Origin: Candidatus Jorgensenbacteria bacterium
GTDB lineage: Bacteria; Patescibacteriota; Minisyncoccia; UBA6257; GWB1-50-10
Length of the DNA stretch: 64,000 nt
Assembly (NCBI GenBank): GCA_011050075.1
Contig: DRGK01000012.1
Coordinates: forward strand, 771 to 64,770
Direction: 5' to 3'
Position 1 is the first letter of the stretch. Every line of letters begins with the position of its first letter. A model generated the notes under the pieces. It did not search any database, was not told the DNA's origin, and worked only from the letters and a program-made list of their open reading frames with translations. The position numbers were made by a program, and so were the translations under genes. This document shows, piece after piece, positions 37,586-47,154 of this stretch.

Positions 37586-37641
37586 CCTAAAAACCACAAA
37601 ACCTCACCAAAATACTGGAGAGGTTTTGTGGTTTTTAGGTT
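37584..37641 (+). terminator. Long hairpin/terminator (22-bp inverted repeat)
   Basis: AACCTAAAAACCACAAAACCTC...GAGGTTTTGTGGTTTTTAGGTT. Confidence 0.8.
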
Positions 37642-37654
37642 AATATATATAACA

Positions 37655-40156
37655 ATGAGGAAATCTTCCCATAAGCCTCGTAAAACTACCTTGCGCCGGC
37701 AAACATATATTACCGCAGCTGCTGCAGTATTATTTTTTTCCGCCCTCACCGCAAGCGGCATCGTGTATGCCGCTCTCATCATACAACAGCTTCCCCCCCT
37801 TGAACACTTTAGTTCACGAAAAGTAAACGAATCAACGAAAATTTATGACCGCACCGGGGAAGTGTTGTTGTATGAGATTTTTGATGAAGAAAAAAGAACT
37901 GTTATTCCCTTTGACGCCATTCCCAGTTCCATGAAACGCGCAACACTTGCCGCAGAAGATGATGATTTTTACAATCAACCTGCGTTTGATTGGAAAGCAA
38001 TTATACGAGCCTTCATCGCTAATATAAAGGAAGGTCGTATTACTCAGGGGGGTTCTACTATCACACAGCAGCTGGTTAAGAATGTTTTTCTTACATCAGA
38101 AAAAACCATTACTAGGAAGCTTAAGGAACTAATACTGGCTATAGAACTTGAATCGCGACACTCAAAAGATGAGATTTTTTCTGCATACCTAAACCAGATT
38201 CCCTATGGCTCAAACGCATATGGTGTTGAGGCCGCAAGCCAAACATTTTTCGGCAAACCGGCTAACGAATTATCTCTTGCAGAGTCGTCCTTGTTGGCGG
38301 CCTTGCCAAAAGCGCCGAGTTATTTTTCCCCTTGGGGAGAGCATACTCAGGACCTTTTTCAACGACAAGAATATATCCTCGGCCGCATGTATGAGCTCAA
38401 ACTTATTACTAAGCAGCAACTGGAGTCCGTAGAAAACGAAGTTCTCCTCTTTAAGTCTCCTTCTCTCGGAAGCATAAAAGCACCCCACTTCTCTATTGCG
38501 GTACGGCAATATCTTATAAAGAAATATGGGGAGGAAGTGGTGCGTAGTGGCGGCCTACAGGTTATTACGTCTCTTGATTGGGAACTGCAACAAGCCGCCG
38601 AAGAAGTGATTGCGAAAGGGGTAGTACGCAACGAAGAATTGTACGGAGGCACCAACGCAGCCCTTATTGCCCAAGACGCCTCTACCGGAGAGATTCTTGC
38701 AATGGTGGGTTCCCGAAACTATTTTGATACTGAAATTGATGGCAATTTTAATGTTGCAACACAAGGCTTGCGCCAGCCAGGGTCGGCACTCAAACCATTC
38801 GTATATCTTGTGGCTTTTGAAAAAGGTTTTCAGCCGCAGAGCAAGGTATTTGACGTTCCCACTGAATTTGTGTCTGGTGATCCTGATTGTCCTGTAATAC
38901 TCACGCCCTTATCAAAAAATAACGCCGACTGTTTCAGTCCAGAAAACTTTGATGGCGTTTTCCGCGGTCCCGTTTCCCTCGCCGAAGGCCTCGCTCAGTC
39001 TATTAATGTTCCCTCTGTAAAAACGCTGTATCTTGCCGGGTTCGATGAGGTTTTAAAGACGCTATCCTTATTCGGCGTCTCTACGCTCAATGAGCGGTGG
39101 CGGTATGGTCTCTCTTTGGTGTTGGGCGGTGGAGAAGTGAAGCTTTCAGAATTGGTAAACGCATATGCAACACTCGCGCAAGACGGAATACATCGTCGTC
39201 AAACACTCATTAAAAAAATAGAAACAAGTAGTGGTGATGTTCTAGAAAAAAATGCAGACAATGCTTCAAGGGTGTTCGCAGAAGAGCCTGTTAGGTTAGT
39301 CAATAGCATTCTCTCAAACATAGACCTGCGCTCAGGGCTCTTTCAGAGCAGTCTAGGGCTTACTGTGTTTCTAGGGAGAGACGTTGCATTAAAAACGGGT
39401 ACTACAAATGACTACCGCGACGCGTGGGCAATAGGATATACTCCTTCGCTTGTTGTTGGTGTATGGGCAGGAAACAACGACAACACACCCATGCATCGCC
39501 AAGGGTCCAGCATTCTTGCGGCTGTTCCTATGTGGAGTGATTTCATGAGTCGCGCATTTAATATCTTAAACCCGCCCGCAGAGCCTTTTGTCCGCTATCA
39601 ACCTATCCTTCAGAGCACCAAACCAATGCTCGGTGGAGATGTTCTTTTCACACCTACAATAAACTCTGTCGCCTACCCACAAATGCACTCTATTTTATAC
39701 TGGGTAGACAAAAGTAACCCAATGGGTCCCCCACCGGAAAACCCGAGCAAGGATAGTCAGTTTCTCAATTGGGAGGCTGGGTTAATCATGTGGGCAACGA
39801 AAAACATACCTGGATTTGAAACGTACAACAAGCCTTTCCCTTATACCGCTTCTTTTTCTCAGTCAGACCCATTAACGCAAGAGAGTGTCTCTATACAATT
39901 CTTAAAACCCTCAAGCGGGTCGTTCGTTGTTCGTCCTTTGTTTATACAAGCAACTATCCGTGCACGCAAAGGGTTACGCAGGGTAGAGTTTTATTTTAAC
40001 AACACCCTCTTACAAAAATTGAATGTTGTAGGAAACACATATTCGTTCTTCTACTACGTCATAAAACCTCTTAAGCCTCAAAACTTAATAGAGTTGCGAG
40101 CTTTCGATATACAAGGAAATGAGGTAACGGCTTCGCGCATTGTGTTTTCCCAATAA
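37655..40156 (+). CDS. Class A penicillin-binding protein (PBP1A family) with C-terminal Ig-like domain
   Basis: AAEDDDFY, QGGSTITQQLVKN, RKLKE, YLNQIPYG; transpeptidase SALK, SIN, KTGT. Confidence 0.95.
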   Translation: MRKSSHKPRKTTLRRQTYITAAAAVLFFSALTASGIVYAALIIQQLPPLEHFSSRKVNESTKIYDRTGEVLLYEIFDEEKRTVIPFDAIPSSMKRATLAAEDDDFYNQPAFDWKAIIRAFIANIKEGRITQGGSTITQQLVKNVFLTSEKTITRKLKELILAIELESRHSKDEIFSAYLNQIPYGSNAYGVEAASQTFFGKPANELSLAESSLLAALPKAPSYFSPWGEHTQDLFQRQEYILGRMYELKLITKQQLESVENEVLLFKSPSLGSIKAPHFSIAVRQYLIKKYGEEVVRSGGLQVITSLDWELQQAAEEVIAKGVVRNEELYGGTNAALIAQDASTGEILAMVGSRNYFDTEIDGNFNVATQGLRQPGSALKPFVYLVAFEKGFQPQSKVFDVPTEFVSGDPDCPVILTPLSKNNADCFSPENFDGVFRGPVSLAEGLAQSINVPSVKTLYLAGFDEVLKTLSLFGVSTLNERWRYGLSLVLGGGEVKLSELVNAYATLAQDGIHRRQTLIKKIETSSGDVLEKNADNASRVFAEEPVRLVNSILSNIDLRSGLFQSSLGLTVFLGRDVALKTGTTNDYRDAWAIGYTPSLVVGVWAGNNDNTPMHRQGSSILAAVPMWSDFMSRAFNILNPPAEPFVRYQPILQSTKPMLGGDVLFTPTINSVAYPQMHSILYWVDKSNPMGPPPENPSKDSQFLNWEAGLIMWATKNIPGFETYNKPFPYTASFSQSDPLTQESVSIQFLKPSSGSFVVRPLFIQATIRARKGLRRVEFYFNNTLLQKLNVVGNTYSFFYYVIKPLKPQNLIELRAFDIQGNEVTASRIVFSQ

Positions 40157-40163
40157 CCCCTCA

Positions 40164-41276
40164 CTAAACCCTAATGGGCATTACTACGTAAATAAGTTGT
40201 TGTTCCTCTTGATTTTTTATCATAACAGGCTTCTCAGCACCACTTAAACCGAGAATTATCTCGTCTCCTTTGTACATACGCAACCCATCTAAAAGATAGT
40301 GCCAGTTAAACGAAATTTCGATTTTTTGCTGTTTTCCTTTTGTTCTAATAGGGATGCGATATGTATTTTCTCCTAATGTAGATTCCGCTGAGCGCACTTC
40401 TAAAACTTTTTTTTCTATTTGTAACACCACGTCGTGTGCTCTACCAGAAAATGTCTTTACGGTCCGCACTGCATTTATAAACTCGGATCGCTCCAAAAAT
40501 ATTTCTGTTTCGTTTTCTTTTGGAATTATCAGTTTATAATCAGGAAACGCACCATCAACCAGGCGTGTAATAAGTTGTTTGTTCTCTGTTCTAAACAGCG
40601 CCTGATTAGAGTCGATTAAAATTTCTACCTCTCCATCCTTAATAATTTTTAGTACGGTTTCCATGGTTTGTAATGGAACAATAAAACTTGTTCCATTTTC
40701 AAGCGCCGACCGGGTTTTATTCTGCTCTATTGTTTTTTCAACCAAACGAAAACTATCTGTGCCAACAAGCGTCAATTGTTGATTATCGTATAAGAAGAAT
40801 ATTCCATTTATTTCCGGTCGTATTTCAGAATACTGCGTTGCAGTGAGCGCTTGGCTTATAGACTCTAATAAGTCTTCTGTTTTTATTTTAAGCGCCACCT
40901 GTGTGTTGCTAATGGTGGGAATAATAGGAAACTCCTCCAATTCTCCAATATTGATAGTCGCTTCATAATTATCGGCAGTTATTGTTATTGTTTTATTTTT
41001 TTGTTCGATCTGAATTTTTTCAGCAACTAAACTATTGATGATACTGTAGAGAATACTAAAAGGAATAATAATATTCCCTTCTTCTAATACTTTTCCTTGT
41101 ATTGTGTGCTGTATCGCTATTTCAAGGTTTGTTGCAGTAAAAACTATCTTACTGTTCTTTTTGGCAGCAGCGCAGTGAATGCTCTGTAGTACAGGCAGAC
41201 GAGACCCGTTACCAACAGCTCTTTCCACAGACTTGAGAGCGTTTAGTAGGTTGCTCTTTAATAATATTAATTTCAT
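40164..41276 (-). CDS. dnaN: DNA polymerase III beta clamp
   Basis: ATNLE, EEFP, GTDSFRL, FPDY, C-terminal VMPIR; downstream of dnaA. Confidence 0.97.
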   Translation of the reverse strand: MKLILLKSNLLNALKSVERAVGNGSRLPVLQSIHCAAAKKNSKIVFTATNLEIAIQHTIQGKVLEEGNIIIPFSILYSIINSLVAEKIQIEQKNKTITITADNYEATINIGELEEFPIIPTISNTQVALKIKTEDLLESISQALTATQYSEIRPEINGIFFLYDNQQLTLVGTDSFRLVEKTIEQNKTRSALENGTSFIVPLQTMETVLKIIKDGEVEILIDSNQALFRTENKQLITRLVDGAFPDYKLIIPKENETEIFLERSEFINAVRTVKTFSGRAHDVVLQIEKKVLEVRSAESTLGENTYRIPIRTKGKQQKIEISFNWHYLLDGLRMYKGDEIILGLSGAEKPVMIKNQEEQQLIYVVMPIRV

Positions 41277-41403
41277 TTTAGTTATTAGTTATAGTAGTAG
41301 GGGGTGTGTATATGTGGAAAAGAGGAATAAAACTACCAAACAAGAGGAAAACTACGAGGTGTTGTGGGGATAGTGATGGAATAACGAAACAAAAAACCAA
41401 AGA
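41277..41403. other. Replication origin unwinding region (oriC)
   Basis: dnaA-dnaN intergenic; minus strand TTTTCCACA-TATACACA-CCCC-CTACTACTATAACTAATAAC (DnaA boxes, GC tract, DnaA-trios). Confidence 0.8.
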
Positions 41404-42771
41404 CTATTTGTAAAGTCTTTCTTTTATCAACATGACTTTCTGATTTAATCCAGAGTCATTGTTGATAGCTTTTGTTATTTTTTCACACGCGTGTATAGCG
41501 GTTGTGTGATCGCGTTTCCCGAGCTGCTCACCAATGTGTGGATATGAAAGTTTTAACGTATCGCGGAGTATGTACATACAAATCTGGCGAGGCTCCACTA
41601 TTTCTCTTTTCCTACTTCTTTTAGTAAGGTCGGCGACAGAAAGCTCAAAAAACTCAGCGACAGTATTGATAACAAAATCAGCTGATATTTTCTTTGATGA
41701 CGGTAGTGTTGTTTCTCCAATAATCTTTTCTAGCCTTTTGTCATTTATTTTTTCATTTTTAAACTCTTGATAGAACATAACTCTATTAATTACACCCTCA
41801 AGCTCCCGAATATTGTTTTGCACCTTTGTGGCAATAGTCTCAAGAATTTTTTCTTCAACATTCCACGCATTAGCCACAACTTTGTTTTTTAGGATAGCTA
41901 AACGAGTTTCGTAGTCGGGGTAGCTAATATCAGCAACCATCCCACCCTCAAAACGAGAACGCAGCCGCTCTTCAAGGGTTGGAATTGCTGCAGGAGGCCT
42001 GTCAGACGAGAGAATAATTTGTTTGTTTTGTTCATATAGAGCGTTGAACGTATGAAAAAATTCTTGCTCGGTAGCTGTTTTTCCTCCAATAAACTGAATG
42101 TCGTCAATAATAAGTACATCTATATTCCGATACTTCTTTTTTGTGTCTTCCATTCGCCTGTTGCGAATAGCCCACACAACATCATTGATAAATTTTTCTG
42201 AGGTAACATACAGCACGTGTACATTATTGTTGTATGTTTTGGTAATTTCATTTCCTATGGCTTGAATAAGGTGTGTTTTTCCTAATCCTACTTTTCCATA
42301 AATAAAGAGGGGGTTATACCGCTTTCCCACATGTTTAATAACCGCATGTGCGGCTGCGTGGGCGAGTTCATTTGATTGTCCTACAACATATGAATCTAAT
42401 TTATATCGTGGATTAAGATTCGTTTTAGGATCGGTTTGTGTGTCTATTAGAGAAGAAGACGGCTTGAAGACGTTTTTTTGTTTTTTTAGGGAAACGGGCT
42501 GAGAAGAGCTTACGACTACGTAATTAATTTTTTTAATAGAACCATCAAGATTACGAAGCGAACCTAAAATAAGTTTGTGATATCTGTTCTTTACCCACTC
42601 GCGTGCAAAGTTATTAGGAAGACTGACAGTTGCGACACCGCTTTTGTCGTCTGTCTTTAATAACTCGCTCTGCTTTAACCATGTAAGGAAATTTGGACGG
42701 GAAATCTGCGTCTCTATTTCTCCGAGTACTGCGCTCCAGGCGTCTTTGGTGTTTAGATTAGTTTTTTGCAT
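41404..42771 (-). CDS. dnaA: Chromosomal replication initiator
   Basis: YNPLFIYG-VGLGKTHL, IDDIQF, QEFFHTFN, RLRSRF, RDHTT. Confidence 0.99.
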   Translation of the reverse strand: MQKTNLNTKDAWSAVLGEIETQISRPNFLTWLKQSELLKTDDKSGVATVSLPNNFAREWVKNRYHKLILGSLRNLDGSIKKINYVVVSSSQPVSLKKQKNVFKPSSSLIDTQTDPKTNLNPRYKLDSYVVGQSNELAHAAAHAVIKHVGKRYNPLFIYGKVGLGKTHLIQAIGNEITKTYNNNVHVLYVTSEKFINDVVWAIRNRRMEDTKKKYRNIDVLIIDDIQFIGGKTATEQEFFHTFNALYEQNKQIILSSDRPPAAIPTLEERLRSRFEGGMVADISYPDYETRLAILKNKVVANAWNVEEKILETIATKVQNNIRELEGVINRVMFYQEFKNEKINDKRLEKIIGETTLPSSKKISADFVINTVAEFFELSVADLTKRSRKREIVEPRQICMYILRDTLKLSYPHIGEQLGKRDHTTAIHACEKITKAINNDSGLNQKVMLIKERLYK

Positions 42772-42892
42772 ATGGATAGAGAGGGACGTAAAAGAGGTGT
42801 TACCCTTAATATACAGACAAAGAGATGATTTTCAATATTGCGGGAAAGAGAAGTTTGTGATTTAATTGTTTATATTGTGTTAATAAAACATC

Positions 42893-43033
42893 ATGAGCAC
42901 AAAGGGAACATATCAACCAAAAAAGACAAAAAGGAAGCGCAAGCATGGCCTTTTAAAAAGAAAGAGCACAAAAGCTGGTCGCGCAACATTGCTTCGTAGA
43001 AGGAGGAAGGGTCGCGCGAAGTTAACCGTATAA
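42893..43033 (+). CDS. rpmH: 50S ribosomal protein L34 (not in ORF track)
   Basis: Hand translation MSTKGTYQPKKTKRKRKHGLLKRKSTKAGRATLLRRRRKGRAKLTV. Confidence 0.96.
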   Translation: MSTKGTYQPKKTKRKRKHGLLKRKSTKAGRATLLRRRRKGRAKLTV

Positions 43034-43040
43034 AAAACCA

Positions 43041-43748
43041 ATGTTTGACGCGCTATTTTTTGAACCTATTTTAGCATTACTAAAGAGCATCTACAGTAAT
43101 GTTGCGTTTAGTGATTTAGGAATTGCAATAGTATTTCTTACACTACTCATTAGAGTAGTGTTGTTTCCGTTTTTTTATAGGAGCGCGAAAGATCAAGCGC
43201 TCATGAGAAAGATTCAACCTCATGTAGAAAAAATAAAACAAAAACATAAGAATAACCGGGAAGAACAAGGACGCGCCCTCATGGAGCTGTATCGCGAACA
43301 CAAACTCAACCCCTTTTCCAGTTTTTTAATTATTCTCGTACAGCTTCCTATTTTCTTTGCGTTGTTTAAACTATTCCGAGACAGTGAGTTCTTGGCGGAG
43401 ACATTTATTAATACAACCTTTCTTGGTGTGCTCCAGCTGAGCACTCCAAGTATTATGCTTGCGGTTGTAGCAGGAGCCCTCCAGTATATTCAAGGAAAAC
43501 TATCTCTTGGTAAACAGAAAAATCAAACAAAAGGAGGAACACAGAAATTTGTTGTTATGATGATATACTTTGCACCTATTCTTTCGTTTGTTGTGCTTAT
43601 AAGGCTCCCTGCGGCGCTAGGAATCTACTGGGTAATCTCAACCTTGTTTTCTATTGGACAGCAGTTTATGATTAACAAGAAATTAGAATCTAAAAATGAA
43701 GAATACGAGCGAAAAAATACTAAAAATGGTGGAGTTAATGGGGTTTGA
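43041..43748 (+). CDS. yidC: Membrane protein insertase YidC (short form)
   Basis: GIAIV-LT-LIR, IQP, LYREHK-NP, QLPIF, LPAALGIYW. Confidence 0.93.
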   Translation: MFDALFFEPILALLKSIYSNVAFSDLGIAIVFLTLLIRVVLFPFFYRSAKDQALMRKIQPHVEKIKQKHKNNREEQGRALMELYREHKLNPFSSFLIILVQLPIFFALFKLFRDSEFLAETFINTTFLGVLQLSTPSIMLAVVAGALQYIQGKLSLGKQKNQTKGGTQKFVVMMIYFAPILSFVVLIRLPAALGIYWVISTLFSIGQQFMINKKLESKNEEYERKNTKNGGVNGV

Positions 43749-44142
43749 TAGTGCCTGTATTACGGTACATGTCGATGAAGAATACAGAAAAATTTCACTT
43801 GTCATTGATGATGATATAGTGCGTGGAAATATAACACCCTCTGTACTTGCCGCGTTCAACCACTTATTTAACCAAGTTCTAAAAAAGGAAGGGAAGCCGT
43901 ATTATATAGTTGATCTTAATTACTATCGCAAAGAGCGCGAACGTCTCATAATAGAGCTTACCCGCGCAGCAGCGCGGAAGGCGGTTATTACCAAGCAGGA
44001 AGTAGAGCTACCGCCAATGAATGCATATGAGAGGCGGCTTATACACACCGAAATAGCAACTCACCCTGAACTTATTACACAGAGCACCGGAGAAGGAAAA
44101 GACAGAAGGGTGGTTATTAAACGTTTTATTGAAGGGGGTTGA
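43696..44142 (+). CDS. jag: Jag/KhpB-like R3H-domain RNA-binding protein
   Basis: VDLNYYR, LPPMNAYERRLIH, STGEGKDRRVVI. Confidence 0.88.
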   Translation: MKNTSEKILKMVELMGFDSACITVHVDEEYRKISLVIDDDIVRGNITPSVLAAFNHLFNQVLKKEGKPYYIVDLNYYRKERERLIIELTRAAARKAVITKQEVELPPMNAYERRLIHTEIATHPELITQSTGEGKDRRVVIKRFIEGG

Positions 44143-44146
44143 AGAA

Positions 44147-45298
44147 TTAAGGGACAGGATTTAGGATTATTCTGTACAACCCTTGATCATACCGGTTTAT
44201 AAAATAAATCTTTCCGCCGAAGACCTTAACAGCCTCAGCGTCTATCGCTGAGATGCTGCTGGTATTACTATTGAGAATTAAGCTGATTTTGTTTGAGGCC
44301 CTATCAATGGTGTAAAAACTATCAATGGTGTAAAAACGTTTTTGAAAATAATCATCTGGCATTTGTGTGTTAGGAAGTTCTGGTGGAAACTCTTGTGGTG
44401 AAAAACAGTATATGTATGAATCTCCAACACCGCATTTTGAGGGAAGTGAAGCAAAGAATACAGGAATAATATTAGCAAGGTCTCGGTTAAGAATAAAAAA
44501 CTGAGATGGTAGGCTGAACTTAAATACTATATTGGCGTCCTGCACCCACTTTGTGATAATGCCTCGTTCGGGCGCCATCAATAATTTAAGATCCAGCGTG
44601 TCTAAAGTAAGTTGCCAGACGCGACTTGCATAGAACGACGCCGGTTTTTCTTTAATAATAAGTATATTAGGAGACAGGTATGTAAAAACAACATCATAAA
44701 GCTGGAAATTATTCACAAGCGTTTCGTAAGCGCCCACTGTTTCGCCTGATAATATTTTTGAAAGGTCAATGCGGGACAGGTAAAGGCTGTCGCTGTCCTG
44801 TACAATGCCGATAAGTTTGTTGCTATTCTCTCCCCACATTGCGTATGTTGCCGGGAGTGCAAGAGGGCGCCAGACTTTATCAAGTACATCAAATATGCTC
44901 CAGTCGGGGTTTTTAGGATCGCCGAATGCAACAAGTATCTTTTTGCCGTCTGGGCTTATATCAATAAAATTTAGTGCGGTAATGGTTCGAGTTGATACGT
45001 CTGGATCAGGGCCCTTTTTAGCGTTCAAAACTTTCCCATCAAGCGTCAGATAGTAAACTTCACCGTCTCGCGGACTACTCCAGTAATCAAATACTAATAA
45101 CCCATCATCCGACAACTTAGTGAGCTGAAATGCAGGCGCAGACGGAGCTTCTTCCTCGCTGTCTTCAGGAGCAATAGGAAATTCTATGACAGGTCTTTCA
45201 GGGCGCTCAGGCGAAATCTTTTTCCATGCAAGAAAAAGCGCCAATATAACTACAAGAATTAAGCTGCCTATAAGAGCTATTTTATATATGGGTTTCAT
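44147..45298 (-). CDS. Membrane-anchored hypothetical protein (beta-rich, propeller-like)
   Basis: N-terminal TM, SPDGKKIL-type segments; last gene of the T4SS-like cluster. Confidence 0.6.
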   Translation of the reverse strand: MKPIYKIALIGSLILVVILALFLAWKKISPERPERPVIEFPIAPEDSEEEAPSAPAFQLTKLSDDGLLVFDYWSSPRDGEVYYLTLDGKVLNAKKGPDPDVSTRTITALNFIDISPDGKKILVAFGDPKNPDWSIFDVLDKVWRPLALPATYAMWGENSNKLIGIVQDSDSLYLSRIDLSKILSGETVGAYETLVNNFQLYDVVFTYLSPNILIIKEKPASFYASRVWQLTLDTLDLKLLMAPERGIITKWVQDANIVFKFSLPSQFFILNRDLANIIPVFFASLPSKCGVGDSYIYCFSPQEFPPELPNTQMPDDYFQKRFYTIDSFYTIDRASNKISLILNSNTSSISAIDAEAVKVFGGKIYFINRYDQGLYRIILNPVP

Positions 45299-45301
45299 TA
45301 T

Positions 45302-46114
45302 TTATAAACATTTTTTTAGACCTTGAAGACCAGGTTTTTTAAATTTTTCGTCCTCAACACTTATTTTATAAGCGTAAACAATACATTTTAGTTCCTCGAT
45401 CTGAGGAGTGCTTGTTGCGCCCGGGACCGTATTTTTTGGGTAATAAACCCATTGGTAGTAAATACCAGCTCCAACCGTAGGTTTTACAGCTGTATTCCAG
45501 TCCCCCCACTGGGTAGGACAGGGACTACTAATTTCGCTCCGATAACACTTCGGTATTTTCATATCACTGGACCACGTGACCGGCGAAGCACAATCACTCA
45601 TTATATCTTTAGGACAACCTGCTGTTAGACCATACCCAAGACCGGGAACACAACATTGCGGGGTCGCTTCAGGGTCATCGGGATCTTTTATGGGCCGTTT
45701 CCCCTCCCCACATTCGTTTTTGACAGGATTTTTTTCTCCGCAGGAATATATAGTAATCCCCTCTCCACCCGGTGGACTGAGATCTACCAGCTCGGGATTT
45801 ATAGTGTTTAGAATTGTGTAAGCGCCGAGGAGCAGTACCAAGCCCCACACAGCTGAGGTTATAATATCTTTTCCCTCACGCTGCTTATCTTGACTCCCTC
45901 CCGAGACCACGTAGTAAATAGCCCCAATAACTATCATTACTACGGCAGCAAGACCGGCAATAGCGACCGCTGACATATAGAAACTGTTAATATACTCAAC
46001 AATGTTTGTTGAACCCGCTTCAGGAAGCTCAAAAACTACGGGTTCTTGCGCCCACACGACAGTTAACGGGACAAGAAGAATAAACAGGAAAAAGAGAAAA
46101 ATTAGTTTTTTCAT
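45302..46114 (-). CDS. VirB2/TrbC-like pilin with a Cys-rich C-terminal domain
   Basis: Signal peptide, hairpin AVVMIVIGAIYYVVSGG...GKDIITSAVWGL...ILNTINP; 10 Cys in the tail. Confidence 0.7.
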   Translation of the reverse strand: MKKLIFLFFLFILLVPLTVVWAQEPVVFELPEAGSTNIVEYINSFYMSAVAIAGLAAVVMIVIGAIYYVVSGGSQDKQREGKDIITSAVWGLVLLLGAYTILNTINPELVDLSPPGGEGITIYSCGEKNPVKNECGEGKRPIKDPDDPEATPQCCVPGLGYGLTAGCPKDIMSDCASPVTWSSDMKIPKCYRSEISSPCPTQWGDWNTAVKPTVGAGIYYQWVYYPKNTVPGATSTPQIEELKCIVYAYKISVEDEKFKKPGLQGLKKCL

Positions 46115-46120
46115 AGATTT

Positions 46121-46813
46121 CTACCGTATCGTTAATCTAACATTTGACCTTGTTGTTTCAATCGAATTAAGGGAGTTTGACGTTATATTAGATATTAGAA
46201 CTTCCTCTCCTGATAAATAGGGGGAATCACCTATATCTAAAACAAGGCGATTACTTCTCTGCTTTGGCTGATTCTGATTATCAATGCTCCAGAAGAACTC
46301 GAAATTATCAAAAGAGACAACGTTGAAAAAATAAGGCACCGCATGGAAAACTATCTGCCTCTTTCTAAACACTATATTGTTAGGACTGGGCATTTCAATT
46401 ACCGTGCGCTGGCCTGAAACGGGAACCGTGAAAGAACCCTCGATTCTTTCTCCGTCTAAGTCAATGCTCATTCGTACAAAATACTCATCGCCGCGCAGCT
46501 TGTTGATTTTAAGTACTATTTCACTTAGTCCGCTGCCGCGACTGAAAAACCTTCCGTCTATATACCATATAAAATTTGCCTTAGAAGTATCTACAAACCT
46601 GTTGTTTCGTATAACGGTTGCTGAGATGACAATAGAGGTATTAATAGTGGCGGCTGCTTTGCCTGAGTAGTTTGACGGATAAAAATTATGGGCCTGCCAC
46701 GTGAAAATAACTTGTGGTGAGGGCGCCTGAGCGAACGCCATTGGTAGAAGGTAGCCAGCAACGAGAAGCCCGCAACAGACAGTAAATATTAATGTTTTAT
46801 GAAGTGTACTCAT
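46121..46813 (-). CDS. Secreted hypothetical protein (Ig-like)
   Basis: Signal peptide; FIWYIDG and FFWSID beta-strand repeats. Confidence 0.6.
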   Translation of the reverse strand: MSTLHKTLIFTVCCGLLVAGYLLPMAFAQAPSPQVIFTWQAHNFYPSNYSGKAAATINTSIVISATVIRNNRFVDTSKANFIWYIDGRFFSRGSGLSEIVLKINKLRGDEYFVRMSIDLDGERIEGSFTVPVSGQRTVIEMPSPNNIVFRKRQIVFHAVPYFFNVVSFDNFEFFWSIDNQNQPKQRSNRLVLDIGDSPYLSGEEVLISNITSNSLNSIETTRSNVRLTIR

Positions 46814-47151
46814 TTTGCTGGTTTGACTACCGACCTTACCATTTTTTGCGCTAATTTAGGGTTATTGTGAAGTCTTGTTTCAATTATAAATGCGGCAAAC
46901 GTAGTAGGAACGAAAGGAAGTACATTTGAAAACTGTTTTATTAATTGCCGCTCCAGACCCATCGCTTTTTTACCTCCCTTGAACATCAACCATAATGTGG
47001 TGCTGAAGCTTGTTGCCGCCTGAAGTAGCGTAGCAATAAACCACCCTATGGCCGGGATAATGTCCAGCAATGCTGAGACAATATCTATTGAGAGCGTAAA
47101 CATTCCTCCGATAACCACCTCCGCTGTTGAAAATTTACTATGTTCGCCCAT
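46810..47151 (-). CDS. Small membrane protein
   Basis: Hydrophobic, IIPAIGW segment, co-oriented in the cluster. Confidence 0.6.
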   Translation of the reverse strand: MGEHSKFSTAEVVIGGMFTLSIDIVSALLDIIPAIGWFIATLLQAATSFSTTLWLMFKGGKKAMGLERQLIKQFSNVLPFVPTTFAAFIIETRLHNNPKLAQKMVRSVVKPAK

Positions 47152-47154
47152 AAT

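Noticed and set aside
37405-37782. Ser-rich 125-aa minus-strand ORF
   Set aside because: Mirror of the acidic plus-strand microprotein and the PBP start; the promoter and terminator favour the plus strand.
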